Of a stretch of 64,000 bases of DNA, positions 31,207-40,257 are shown in pieces. The translations under genes were made by a program, and so were the position numbers. The notes below the pieces were generated by a model. It did no database searches. It worked only from the letters and a program-made list of their open reading frames with translations, and was not told the origin of the DNA. Location: positions 102,019 through 166,018 of the forward strand of contig CAWKCR010000022.1 in the NCBI GenBank assembly GCA_963848185.1. Reading direction: 5' to 3'. The stretch comes from an uncultured Actinomycetota bacterium (GTDB lineage: Bacteria > Actinomycetota > Actinomycetes > Mycobacteriales > Mycobacteriaceae). How positions within the stretch are numbered: position 1 is the stretch's first letter; each line of letters begins with the position of its first letter.

Positions 31207-31273
31207 GGCCCGCTCCTTTCCCGAAGCGATTGAAATTGCGCGTCAATCGTCAGGCGAGAAAACCTGCCCGTCA

Positions 31274-31312
31274 CGAGTGGTCACTACTCGAATTCGAGTA
31301 CCGAAATACTCG
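31274..31312. promoter_or_regulatory. Island palindrome, double copy in a divergent promoter
   Basis: CGAGTG-GTCAC-TACTCG AATT CGAGTA-CCGAAA-TACTCG between the LysM and lipoprotein genes. Confidence 0.7.
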
Positions 31313-31370
31313 ATACTGCGGGTCGCGGCCGGAATACTCTCCACTGCACAGGCAGAAAAGGGGGCCGTCG

Positions 31371-31913
31371 ATGTCAGCCATCAATTTCGTCCGGCTCATT
31401 GCGTGCGCGTGTGTTCTGGTGGCCGCCGCGTGCAGCAGTGCCGCGGAATCGCCGCCCGGCCGGCCCGCGTCCACTGTCGTCGGCCAACCGAATCGCACCG
31501 TGGCACCGAATGTGCCCGGCGCGCCGCAGAAGACCGACGCGGGAAATGTGCCGACCGCACCGATAACGATTCCTCCGATATTCGACAAACAGGGCCGCCC
31601 GATCGACGAGGTTCGCAGCGAAGTGGCCAGTGAAATCGAGGCAGCTTGCGGAGGTGACTTGTGCGTCAACCTCACCGTCGCCGCGGGGAGCAACGACAGC
31701 TTCACCCAGTGCGAGTACGAGACGTCCGACCCCGCGTCGCATCCAGACGAGGCCTTCGTCCTCGAGCGCGGGTCGACCCTCACACTCCTGACCGGGTCAC
31801 AGCCCTGCGAGACAACCACGACAGAGACGACCGAGCCAGAAACCACCGAGGAGACAACCACCGAGGAGACAACCACCGAACAGCCGACCACGAATGTCGA
31901 ACCCACCGGCTGA
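31371..31913 (+). CDS. Lipoprotein with Thr/Glu-rich tail
   Basis: Lipobox-like VAAAC, four further Cys, TTEET repeats. Confidence 0.7.
   Translation: MSAINFVRLIACACVLVAAACSSAAESPPGRPASTVVGQPNRTVAPNVPGAPQKTDAGNVPTAPITIPPIFDKQGRPIDEVRSEVASEIEAACGGDLCVNLTVAAGSNDSFTQCEYETSDPASHPDEAFVLERGSTLTLLTGSQPCETTTTETTEPETTEETTTEETTTEQPTTNVEPTG
31841..31879 (+). repeat. 15-bp coding tandem repeat (TTEET)
   Basis: AACCACCGAGGAGAC repeated about 2.6 times. Confidence 0.8.
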
Positions 31914-32841
31914 GCCGACGCAGGCCGCGTCGCCCGCGTTGCCCGCGTCGCCGTTCGCAGGGTTCTCCCGCCTGGTCCGAATACTGGGGCAGTTCGTCGC
32001 GCCGACCACCCTGTTGACGGCGCTGCTGTTCTATTTCGGCTGGGCCCATGTCTATTGGTTCTTCGACTACTTCGGCGTCGACTCGTCGGTGCTTGCCCCG
32101 AGCACGCGCGAATACGTCATGCGCAGTGTCGACGCTTTGTTCATCCCGTTGATCACGGTCGCGGTCGTCGGCCTGGCATTGATGTGGGGACACCTCGCCC
32201 TGCCCGAGCGCCTCCGCGGCGGCCCGCGGTCGCGATGGCAGCTGATCGCGTTGACGGCCATCGGGATTCTGTTGCTGCTCAACGGGCTCAGCCGACTCGT
32301 GGTCATCACCCCGGTCAACCGCGGGCTGTGCGTCGCACCCATCTGCATCATCGTCGGCATCGTCCTGCTGTGGTATCTGACACTGTTGCGGCGCAGCCGA
32401 TTACACGCTGAGAACCCCACCACTCGATCGGACGCCGCCGTGCTGTGCGAGTGGGCGGTGATGTTCATCCTCGTCGCGATGAGCCTTTTCTGGCTCGCGA
32501 CGGACTATTCGGTCGCGGTCGGTCAGACCCGTGCCAGGCAACTGGCCGCCGAAATCCCATATCGCCCAGAGGTCGTGTTGTTCTCGGAGAAGGACCTCCA
32601 CCTTGACGGGCCCGACATCCGCGAAACCAAGTGCACGACGGGTCCGGACTCCGACTCGGCATACCGCTTCCGCTACGACGGCCTCGTGCTCCTCGGCGAG
32701 GTCGGCGGCCAGTACGTACTGCTGCCGAGGAATTGGCAGCGCGGCGTCGGCACGGCCATCGTGCTTCCCAAGTCGGGCGTCGGGGCAACTCGCTTCGAGT
32801 TCGCGACCACGAACGACTATGTGCCGCCACCCAACTGCTGA
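31894..32841 (+). CDS. Multi-TM membrane protein of unknown function
   Basis: About five TM segments plus a soluble C-terminal domain; overlaps the lipoprotein gene. Confidence 0.75.
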   Translation: MSNPPAEPTQAASPALPASPFAGFSRLVRILGQFVAPTTLLTALLFYFGWAHVYWFFDYFGVDSSVLAPSTREYVMRSVDALFIPLITVAVVGLALMWGHLALPERLRGGPRSRWQLIALTAIGILLLLNGLSRLVVITPVNRGLCVAPICIIVGIVLLWYLTLLRRSRLHAENPTTRSDAAVLCEWAVMFILVAMSLFWLATDYSVAVGQTRARQLAAEIPYRPEVVLFSEKDLHLDGPDIRETKCTTGPDSDSAYRFRYDGLVLLGEVGGQYVLLPRNWQRGVGTAIVLPKSGVGATRFEFATTNDYVPPPNC

Positions 32842-32844
32842 CTG

Positions 32845-33303
32845 CTACGGCTTCGGCCGGATCGGCGTGTTCTGACCCGCGGCCAGCCACCATTTCCCGT
32901 CCCGCCGGACGAGCACATATAGCGCCATCTCCGAAAAGGCCGACGCATCGTCGACCGGGATTGGTTCGCCGTCCGCGTTCAACGCGGCGCGGCGCACCTG
33001 GGCGACCGCTACATCGGGAGCGGGCGCCATCACGTGCACGGTTTCGTATCGCGACGACGGCCCTGTCGCCGCCACGCCTCGGTCGAACATCTGGCGATGG
33101 ATGGAATGCAACGCGTCGTAGCCGACCACGGTGGCGCCATACGGGCTGCCCCATGCCACGTCGTCGCCGAAGTCGGCGTTATAGGTTTCGGCATCCGCGG
33201 AGTCGATCCCGGCCTGCAGCCCGGCGACGAATTCGTCGACGGCATCGTGGGCGGCCCGCAGGCGATCGGGGTCGGCGGACAAAGTTGGTCGTTGTGTTTC
33301 CAT
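32845..33303 (-). CDS. SgcJ/EcaC family (NTF2-like) protein
   Basis: DAETYNADF..D..WGSP.G..V.G, VLVRRDGKWWLAAGQNT. Confidence 0.85.
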   Translation of the reverse strand: METQRPTLSADPDRLRAAHDAVDEFVAGLQAGIDSADAETYNADFGDDVAWGSPYGATVVGYDALHSIHRQMFDRGVAATGPSSRYETVHVMAPAPDVAVAQVRRAALNADGEPIPVDDASAFSEMALYVLVRRDGKWWLAAGQNTPIRPKP

Positions 33304-33309
33304 GAACCG

Positions 33310-33340
33310 ACGCTAAAACCTCAACAACGGTTCACGTCAA
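33310..33340 (-). promoter_or_regulatory. MerR/SoxR-type promoter with 19-bp spacer, probably leaderless
   Basis: -35 TTGACG, 19 bp containing ...TTGAGG, -10 TAGCGT, 6 bp, then ATG. Confidence 0.7.
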
Positions 33341-33544
33341 CTGTGGCTTGCCGAACGCAATGTCAACAAATGTGACGCGGTTTCCAGGGACATGTCTCTT
33401 GGTCGCGTCAACATTTGATGACGCGCGCGGAAGGGGTACCTGGTGTGTGGGTGGGGCGTTCGGTGTTGGGTCAGTGCTTACTTGCCGTAGCCGTCAATAA
33501 TGACGGCCGCGGAAGGGTGGGTGCCCTGGAAACCCACGCAAACA

Positions 33545-33562
33545 CGAGTAGTCCGTTACTCG
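33545..33562. promoter_or_regulatory. Island palindrome copy
   Basis: CGAGTA-GTCCGT-TACTCG upstream of the patatin operon. Confidence 0.72.
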
Positions 33563-33665
33563 TTCCACAGTCCCATCCGGCAAATAGCGTTGCCACTGCA
33601 AAGTCGCCGTGCATTATGCGCGCGCGTCGTACGCTTTTCCGACGAAGGTCGAACAGGGGAGGGCA

Positions 33666-34823
33666 ATGACCACCGCAACACCTGACGATGTGCTCAGTCC
33701 GGTCCGCGAAATACCCGGAGACTCCGACAGCAAGGTCGAAAAGGGCATCGCTCTATGCCTTTCGGGCGGCGGCTATCGGGCGATGGTGTTCCACGTCGGC
33801 GTGCTCTGGCGGCTCAACGAAGTGAAAATACTGTCGCGGCTCGATCGCATTTCGACGGTGTCGGGTGGGTCGATCACCTCGGGAATTCTGGCCACCCGTT
33901 GGTCGGACCTGAATTTCGTCGACGGCGTCGCGCAAGATTTCGACCGCTTCGTCGACAGCGTCCGGAGGATGGCCCGCACCCCCGTCGACCTCGGCGCCGT
34001 GGTCCTCGGGTCCCTGCTACCCGGCGAGATCTCCGATCGCGTCGTGAAGGCCTACCGCAAGCACCTCTTCGGCGACGCCACCCTTCAGGACCTCCCCGAC
34101 GAGCCGCGCTTCATCTTCAACGCCACCAACCTGGAATCCGGTGTGCTGTTTCGGTTTAGCAAGCGCTACCTCGCCGACTACCGCGTCGGGCGCATCCTGG
34201 CGCCCGACATCGACCTGGCCACCGCCGTCGCGGCGTCCTCCGCCTTCCCGCCGGTGCTGTCGCCATGCACGCTCAATCTGAAAGACAAGGACTGGACGAC
34301 GGAGAACGGCAACGATCTGACCGGCCCGGCCTATCGCAACGAGATCAAACTCAGCGACGGCGGCGTCTACGACAACCTTGGCCTCGAGACTGCGTGGAAG
34401 CGATGCAACACCATCCTGGTCAGCGACGCCGGCGGCAACGTCGACGCCGACCCTGATCCCGGATCCGACTGGCTCCGCGGAACCGCGCGGGTACTCAAGC
34501 TCATCGACGGCCAGGTGCGCAGTCTGCGCAAACGGCAGGTCGTCGATTCGTTGAAGGCGAAGACCAGGGACGGCATGTATGTCGGCATCCGCAGCAATCT
34601 CGCCAAATTCCCGGTGTCCGTATTGAAGGCCGACCACACGAAGACACTCCAACTTGCTGACCTGCCAACCAGACTCGACGCGATGGACAACAATACACAG
34701 GAGCGACTGATCAACTGGGGCTACATCGTCTGCGACGCCGGCCTGCGCTCCCACGTCATGCGCGAGGAACTTGGTGGCGTGCCGGCCACCAAACTTCCCT
34801 ACCCCGGTCAGGCGCTGGAATGA
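33666..34823 (+). CDS. Patatin-like phospholipase
   Basis: LSGGGYRA oxyanion loop, VSGGS nucleophile, ASSAFP, DGGVYDN. Confidence 0.92.
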   Translation: MTTATPDDVLSPVREIPGDSDSKVEKGIALCLSGGGYRAMVFHVGVLWRLNEVKILSRLDRISTVSGGSITSGILATRWSDLNFVDGVAQDFDRFVDSVRRMARTPVDLGAVVLGSLLPGEISDRVVKAYRKHLFGDATLQDLPDEPRFIFNATNLESGVLFRFSKRYLADYRVGRILAPDIDLATAVAASSAFPPVLSPCTLNLKDKDWTTENGNDLTGPAYRNEIKLSDGGVYDNLGLETAWKRCNTILVSDAGGNVDADPDPGSDWLRGTARVLKLIDGQVRSLRKRQVVDSLKAKTRDGMYVGIRSNLAKFPVSVLKADHTKTLQLADLPTRLDAMDNNTQERLINWGYIVCDAGLRSHVMREELGGVPATKLPYPGQALE

Positions 34824-36652
34824 CCCGCTCCTCACCGATATCGGGCCCGTCGGTCGACACCCCGCGGCGGCGACGACTGCGCACCTTCGCATTCGACCCC
34901 ATGTCCACAAGGCTGTCGGGCCGTTATCTCACCGTCAGCATCCCCTACGAACCCGACCTGGCGCCCGGACCCGACGGTGAGCTGCTTCAGGTCGTCGACT
35001 ACGACCCGGTGCGCGGGCGGTGGTACTCGCTCGTCGACCTCAACGACACCTATGTCCTCGCGCAGGACGGGCTCCAGCCGCTCGAGGGTGACCCCCGGTC
35101 GCACCAGCAGATCGTCTACGCCGTCGCCGCGGGCGTGATCGAGCGTTTCGAGCGGTATCTCGGCCGCCGGTTCCGCTGGCGGGGCGAGGACAAGCTGCAC
35201 CTCGTTCCGCACGCCTTCGAAGGCCGTAATGCCTTCTTCGACCCGACCCGCAAGGCGGTGCTGTTCGGCTACTACCGCGCCGATGCCGACGACCCCGGCG
35301 CCAACCTGCCCGGCCAGGTGATCTTCACCTGCCTGTCATCCGACATCATCGCCCACGAAGTCACCCACGCGATCGTCCACCGGCTCCGCCCGCATTTCGC
35401 CGAGGCCACCCACGCCGACGTTTTCGCGTGGCACGAAGCCTTCGCCGATCTCATCGCGCTCTTCCAGCATTTCGCTTACCCGGAAGTCGTTCTCGACGCT
35501 GTCGCATCGACGTCGGGCAGCATCCAGAAAGGCGACGCGCTGTTCGACCTCGCATCGGAGTTCGGACAGTCGACCGGGCGCGGCGAGGCGTTGCGCTCGG
35601 CCATCGACCCGGATGTGCCAACCGAGCTCCTGCGCACTCCGGACAGATTCCGCGCGGCCACCGAACCCCACGAGCGCGGCGCATGCTTCGTCGGCGCCGT
35701 GTTCGATGCGTACCTGGACCGCTACCAAGCGGCGATCGCCGATCTGCTGCGGATCGCCTCCAGCGGAACCGGCGGCCTGAGCGACCCGCTGCATCCCGAC
35801 CTGGTCAAGCGCGTCACCCGGGAAGCCATCGTCACCGCCGACCGCTACCTGGCAATGGTGGTGCGGGCCTTCGACTATCTACCCCCCGTGGACGTCACGT
35901 TCGGCGACGTCATCCGGGCCATCGTGACATCCGACCACGCCCTGTATCCGGCCGACGCCCTCGGGCTGCGCGGCAACCTCATCGAGGCCCTGCGGCGCCG
36001 CGGCATCTACCCCGACCGCGTCATCTCCCTGACCGACGCCGCGTTGATATGGCCGGGCCCCGGCGACACGCTGTCGCTGACCGACGGCAATCCGCCTGTG
36101 CCCCTTGACGAACTCGTGTTGGACGCCTCCACCCGACTCGACCCCACTGTCGAACCCGCACGGGCCTTGCGGCCGACGCTGTTTCGGGCCCTGACGCTTT
36201 GGGCCCGTTCACATGCCATCTCCATCGGCTTCGAGCCCTCCCTGCCGATCGCTCTCGACAGCGTCGATGTCGCGTATCGACAGGCCGACGATCTGCAGCC
36301 CCGGCCGGAGATCGTCGTCCAGTACACCCAGCGACGCAGGGACCTGGAGGCCGAGTACCAACCCGATCTGCCGCAGCGAGCCCGCACACCGTTGCGCGCC
36401 GGCACGACCCTGATCGCGCGGGTGGACGGGACGATCCAGCACATCATCTCCAAGCCGCTGGCTCTGGTCGCTCCCGTGCGGGGCACCGACGCGAGATATG
36501 TCCACGCGTTCGGGAAGGACCGACTGGACGGAATGCTGAAGTGGTTCGGCGACGTCTCAGACGCCGATCCGTTGAGCATGTGGATCGACGAGCCCGCGGT
36601 TGCGCGGCTCACCTTCGCCAGCCTGCACTACGAGACCCAGGTCGGTGTGTGA
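34820..36652 (+). CDS. Gluzincin (M4/M36-like) metallopeptidase, cytoplasmic
   Basis: PHAF...NAFF, HEVTH, HEAFAD, EPH.RG; ATGA overlap with patatin; no signal peptide. Confidence 0.85.
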   Translation: MTRSSPISGPSVDTPRRRRLRTFAFDPMSTRLSGRYLTVSIPYEPDLAPGPDGELLQVVDYDPVRGRWYSLVDLNDTYVLAQDGLQPLEGDPRSHQQIVYAVAAGVIERFERYLGRRFRWRGEDKLHLVPHAFEGRNAFFDPTRKAVLFGYYRADADDPGANLPGQVIFTCLSSDIIAHEVTHAIVHRLRPHFAEATHADVFAWHEAFADLIALFQHFAYPEVVLDAVASTSGSIQKGDALFDLASEFGQSTGRGEALRSAIDPDVPTELLRTPDRFRAATEPHERGACFVGAVFDAYLDRYQAAIADLLRIASSGTGGLSDPLHPDLVKRVTREAIVTADRYLAMVVRAFDYLPPVDVTFGDVIRAIVTSDHALYPADALGLRGNLIEALRRRGIYPDRVISLTDAALIWPGPGDTLSLTDGNPPVPLDELVLDASTRLDPTVEPARALRPTLFRALTLWARSHAISIGFEPSLPIALDSVDVAYRQADDLQPRPEIVVQYTQRRRDLEAEYQPDLPQRARTPLRAGTTLIARVDGTIQHIISKPLALVAPVRGTDARYVHAFGKDRLDGMLKWFGDVSDADPLSMWIDEPAVARLTFASLHYETQVGV

Positions 36653-37944
36653 TGCCAACGCGCGCAACGACTATCGAAGTGCGGATGTACAACGTCGGCT
36701 TCGGTGACGCGTTCCGGGTCATCGCCCGGCGGGGCGCGGAAACGTGGCGGATGCTGGTGGACTGCGGCGTGCATTCGCAGGGGGATTCCCGTCCGATCAG
36801 CGAATCGGTCGCCAACATCATCGCCGACCTCGAGGACGACTGCGGCGGCCCGCCGCGGCTCGACGTCGTCGTCGCCACCCATCACCATGCCGACCACATC
36901 AGCGGCTTCGCCGACGACGCGTGGAAACGCGTCAGAGTCGGCGAAGTCTGGGTGCCCTTCGTCGAAGATCCCACCGACCCGGCGGCGAAGGTGCTACGCC
37001 GTGCGCAGAAGGCGGCCGCCCAGAAGCTCGCCGCGTTGATCGAGGCGCGGCAGCGACGCCTCGCCGCCGACGACACGGCAGCCGCCGAGCTTCTCGGCGC
37101 CGCAATGGCATTCGCCGTCAACTCCAGCCGCAACGAAGTAGCGACCGACCGGCTGCTGGGCCGCAAGAACACAACGTTCGCCAACAAGCCGGACGTGCGG
37201 TACCTGCCCGACGAAAAGCGAGCGGAAAACACCATCGACATCGACAAGTGCGGCGTCGTCGCACACATCCTCGGCCCGCCGCGCGATCCGCAGATGATCA
37301 AGAAGATGCACCCGCCGAAGAGCGCCGGCTGGCTCACGCTCAATCTCGACGACGATTCCGACTCCGCCTCGATCGGCAAGGATTTTGCACTTTTCAACCG
37401 CGGCTTCGTGATCGGCGACAGCGACATGGTGCCGACGGCCTTGGCGGGCGCGAAGACGACTCTCAAACTCGACGCCCTGACCAACGACGTGGGCCTACTG
37501 GCGGCCGCGTCGATCCTCGAGCGGTCGGTCAACAACACCAGTTTGTTCTTCGTTCTCGACGTCGGTGGCACGCGGCTGCTGTTCCCCGGCGACGCTCAAC
37601 ACGGTGCATGGGAGCACGTCCGCAGCGACCCGGAATCGCTGGCCCTGATCAAAAGCGTTGACTTCTACAAGGTGGGCCACCACGGGTCACACAACGCCAC
37701 GCCCAAGGCGTTCGTCGAAGAGGAATGGGACGTGCCCGGCGAGGCGATGGTGCCGTGGGGCCTCGTCGAGCGGTGGGAGAAAACCATTCCCAAGAAAGAG
37801 TTGATCGACGCGCTGAAGGCCCACAACCACCGGGTGATACGGCCCGACAAGGTCATGCAGGGCCGCACCCGACCGCGGGGGCGACGCCCCGAACTGGTCC
37901 GCACCAAATGGTGGTCGCAACTGACCTTCACGACCAAGAACTGA
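36652..37944 (+). CDS. MBL-fold (ComEC/Rec2-like) hydrolase, probable nuclease
   Basis: NVGFGDA, LVDCG, THHHADHISG, NNTS, FPGDAQ, KVGHHGSHNAT; TGATG coupling. Confidence 0.88.
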   Translation: MPTRATTIEVRMYNVGFGDAFRVIARRGAETWRMLVDCGVHSQGDSRPISESVANIIADLEDDCGGPPRLDVVVATHHHADHISGFADDAWKRVRVGEVWVPFVEDPTDPAAKVLRRAQKAAAQKLAALIEARQRRLAADDTAAAELLGAAMAFAVNSSRNEVATDRLLGRKNTTFANKPDVRYLPDEKRAENTIDIDKCGVVAHILGPPRDPQMIKKMHPPKSAGWLTLNLDDDSDSASIGKDFALFNRGFVIGDSDMVPTALAGAKTTLKLDALTNDVGLLAAASILERSVNNTSLFFVLDVGGTRLLFPGDAQHGAWEHVRSDPESLALIKSVDFYKVGHHGSHNATPKAFVEEEWDVPGEAMVPWGLVERWEKTIPKKELIDALKAHNHRVIRPDKVMQGRTRPRGRRPELVRTKWWSQLTFTTKN

Positions 37945-37983
37945 CGGCACTACTCCATCGACACGAGATGGCTGCGTCGAAAT

Positions 37984-38001
37984 CGAGTAGAGCATCACTC
38001 G
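37984..38001. promoter_or_regulatory. Island palindrome copy
   Basis: CGAGTA-GAGCAT-CACTCG upstream of the S8 protease; a half-site GCACTACTCC lies at ~37947. Confidence 0.68.
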
Positions 38002-38070
38002 TGAGCTGAACCCCCGGTCGTCGAATGATCAATTCCTGATCGAGCATTCGATGAAAGGAACGGCAAGATC

Positions 38071-39336
38071 ATGACCACACCCACGCCCAACGGGGCGCTC
38101 TACACCGGTCGCCAGGTCGTCGTCCTGGCGCCACGGCCGGGCCGGACGAACCCGGCCCGCACCCTGGCCACCATCGCCGGCTTCTCGAACGTCGCCCGCA
38201 GCAGGGACTTCGAGTCCCAGGCGGTGTCGATGAGCGAGGCCGACGACGCCGACGCCACCGTGTTCGACGAGCTCGGCATCGCCGTCGTCTCGTCCGATCC
38301 CGACCAGCGCACGGCGCTGATGGCTGCCGCCGAAGAGGGCGACCTGGTGCTGTCGGTGGAGCCCGAACTGATCCACCACGCTCTGACGGTCGACTACGCC
38401 CGCGGCTACCACGACGGAGTATCCGACCTGTACGAGCGGCTGCATGAAACCAATGGGTCGGCAGCCGCCGCCGCGCCCGTCGCGCCGATCGACACCGACC
38501 AGTTCACCTGGGGCCTGCAGGCCACCCGCGTGTCCACAACATCGCGGACCGGTCGAGGGGTCCGGCTCGCGGTGCTGGACACCGGTTTCGACGTCAACCA
38601 CCCGGACTTCGCGGGCCGGAGCGTCACCACGCAGTCGTTCATCCTGGGCGAGACCGTTCAGGACGCGCACGGCCACGGCACCCACTGCATCGGCACGTCC
38701 TGCGGACCGGCCAGCCCGGGTGTCACCCGGCGCTACGGTGCGGCGTCGGAGGCCGAGATCTTCGCCGGAAAGGTGTTGAGCGATAGCGGCTCAGGCTCCG
38801 ACCGGGGCATCCTGGCCGGAATCAACTGGGCGCTGGCCAACGACTGCGCGATCGTGTCGATGTCACTCGGCGCCGATCTGCCGACCGTGTCAGTGGCCTA
38901 CGAGACCGTCGGTAAGCGCTCGTTGGACCGCGGCATGTTGATCGTCGCGGCCGCAGGCAACAATGCACGCCGCCCGGGCAATGTCGGCTTCGTCGGTGTC
39001 CCTGCCAACAGCCCGTCGATCATGGCGGTCGCCGCGGTCGATCCGGCCAGCCAGCCGGCGCGGTTCTCGGCGCGGTCCGGCAACGTCGACGGCGGGAAGA
39101 TCGATGTTGCGGGGCCCGGCGTGAATGTGTTCTCGTCATGGCCGATGACCCAGCGCTACCACACGATCAGCGGCACCAGCATGGCGACGCCGCATGTGTC
39201 GGGTATCGCGGCGCTGTGGTGCGAGGCCACCGGGTTGACGGGCCGCGAGCTGTGGACCGTGCTGACGCAGTACGCGTTGCCGCTCGACGTGCCCTCGGTC
39301 GACGTCGGCGCGGGATTGGTTCAGGCGCCGCAATGA
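38071..39336 (+). CDS. S8 subtilisin-like serine protease
   Basis: VLDTG, HGHGTH, AAAGN, GTSMATPHV; no signal peptide. Confidence 0.95.
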   Translation: MTTPTPNGALYTGRQVVVLAPRPGRTNPARTLATIAGFSNVARSRDFESQAVSMSEADDADATVFDELGIAVVSSDPDQRTALMAAAEEGDLVLSVEPELIHHALTVDYARGYHDGVSDLYERLHETNGSAAAAAPVAPIDTDQFTWGLQATRVSTTSRTGRGVRLAVLDTGFDVNHPDFAGRSVTTQSFILGETVQDAHGHGTHCIGTSCGPASPGVTRRYGAASEAEIFAGKVLSDSGSGSDRGILAGINWALANDCAIVSMSLGADLPTVSVAYETVGKRSLDRGMLIVAAAGNNARRPGNVGFVGVPANSPSIMAVAAVDPASQPARFSARSGNVDGGKIDVAGPGVNVFSSWPMTQRYHTISGTSMATPHVSGIAALWCEATGLTGRELWTVLTQYALPLDVPSVDVGAGLVQAPQ

Positions 39337-39563
39337 GCGAGCAGAGCGTAACCGTGACGACCGATGGCCGCGACATCGACGCCACGGTGGAGTCGCTGCG
39401 GGCGGCGGGACTGACTGTGACGGAGGTGCACCGCGAAATCGGTGTGGTCTCGGGCACTGTCGCTCCCGCCGACCGGGAGTCCCTGGACGGCGTGCCCGGC
39501 GTGGCCGCCGTCGAATCCGACCGCTCGATCGAGATCGCCCCGCCGGATTCCGACGTCCAGTAA
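39333..39563 (+). CDS. Small protein resembling a subtilase propeptide / I9 inhibitor fold
   Basis: 76 aa, ATGA overlap with the protease, L..VPGVAAVE.DR pattern. Confidence 0.65.
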   Translation: MSEQSVTVTTDGRDIDATVESLRAAGLTVTEVHREIGVVSGTVAPADRESLDGVPGVAAVESDRSIEIAPPDSDVQ

Positions 39564-39602
39564 CCAGCGCGAGCAGACGCAAAGTGGGAATCAGGGCATC
39601 CG

Positions 39603-39658
39603 CGAGACTACGGTTTATGACGGATTTCGCGCCAAATCCGTCATAAACCGTAGTCTCG
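39603..39658. repeat. Perfect 25-bp inverted repeat (REP-like element or bidirectional terminator)
   Basis: CGAGACTACGGTTTATGACGGATTT-N6-AAATCCGTCATAAACCGTAGTCTCG between convergent genes. Confidence 0.85.
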
Positions 39659-39679
39659 GCGCAATTTTCGTACTTCGAA

Positions 39680-40213
39680 CTATACGAATGGCGCTGATCC
39701 GTCCTGTGGGAACGTAACAGTGACGGCGTCAGAATCCGAGATGCTCTGGAGGAGATCGTAGAGGTTCTCCACGCCGACATACGTTCCGTTGGGTGCACCG
39801 CCGATGATTTCCACGACGGCCATATGCAGATGCGGTGGGATGCCGCCGAACTCGTATACCGTGCCGAGCACGTCGCCGCGCGTGACCTGGGAACCTATCG
39901 CCAGTTCCGGCGGCACGTCGGAGATGTGCGTGTAGAACGCGCCCATCATGTCATTGGGTGCCCGCATGAACAGTTGAGCGCCATATTCTCCGGGCATCCT
40001 TGCGCCATCGACGCTTGGGTCGTGCGGATTCAGTCGGGTGATGTGTGCGTCGAACGCCGCCCGCACCACGGTGCCGTGTACGGCACCGAGGTCCATGCCG
40101 CACTTGATGTACCACTTGTCGCCGACATGGCCACCCTGGTTTGGGCCCCCGAGGGCGCCGGTGAATTCGCCGACTCCGAACGGACCGGAAACATCGATCG
40201 AGAACGCGCTCAT
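39680..40213 (-). CDS. M23-family peptidase-like protein
   Basis: GMDLGA..GT.V.A, FYTH, V..G.VLG, PPHLH; no signal peptide. Confidence 0.75.
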   Translation of the reverse strand: MSAFSIDVSGPFGVGEFTGALGGPNQGGHVGDKWYIKCGMDLGAVHGTVVRAAFDAHITRLNPHDPSVDGARMPGEYGAQLFMRAPNDMMGAFYTHISDVPPELAIGSQVTRGDVLGTVYEFGGIPPHLHMAVVEIIGGAPNGTYVGVENLYDLLQSISDSDAVTVTFPQDGSAPFV

Positions 40214-40257
40214 TTCAATCTCCTTACATGACAGGTGAATTCCACGGATCCCGATAC

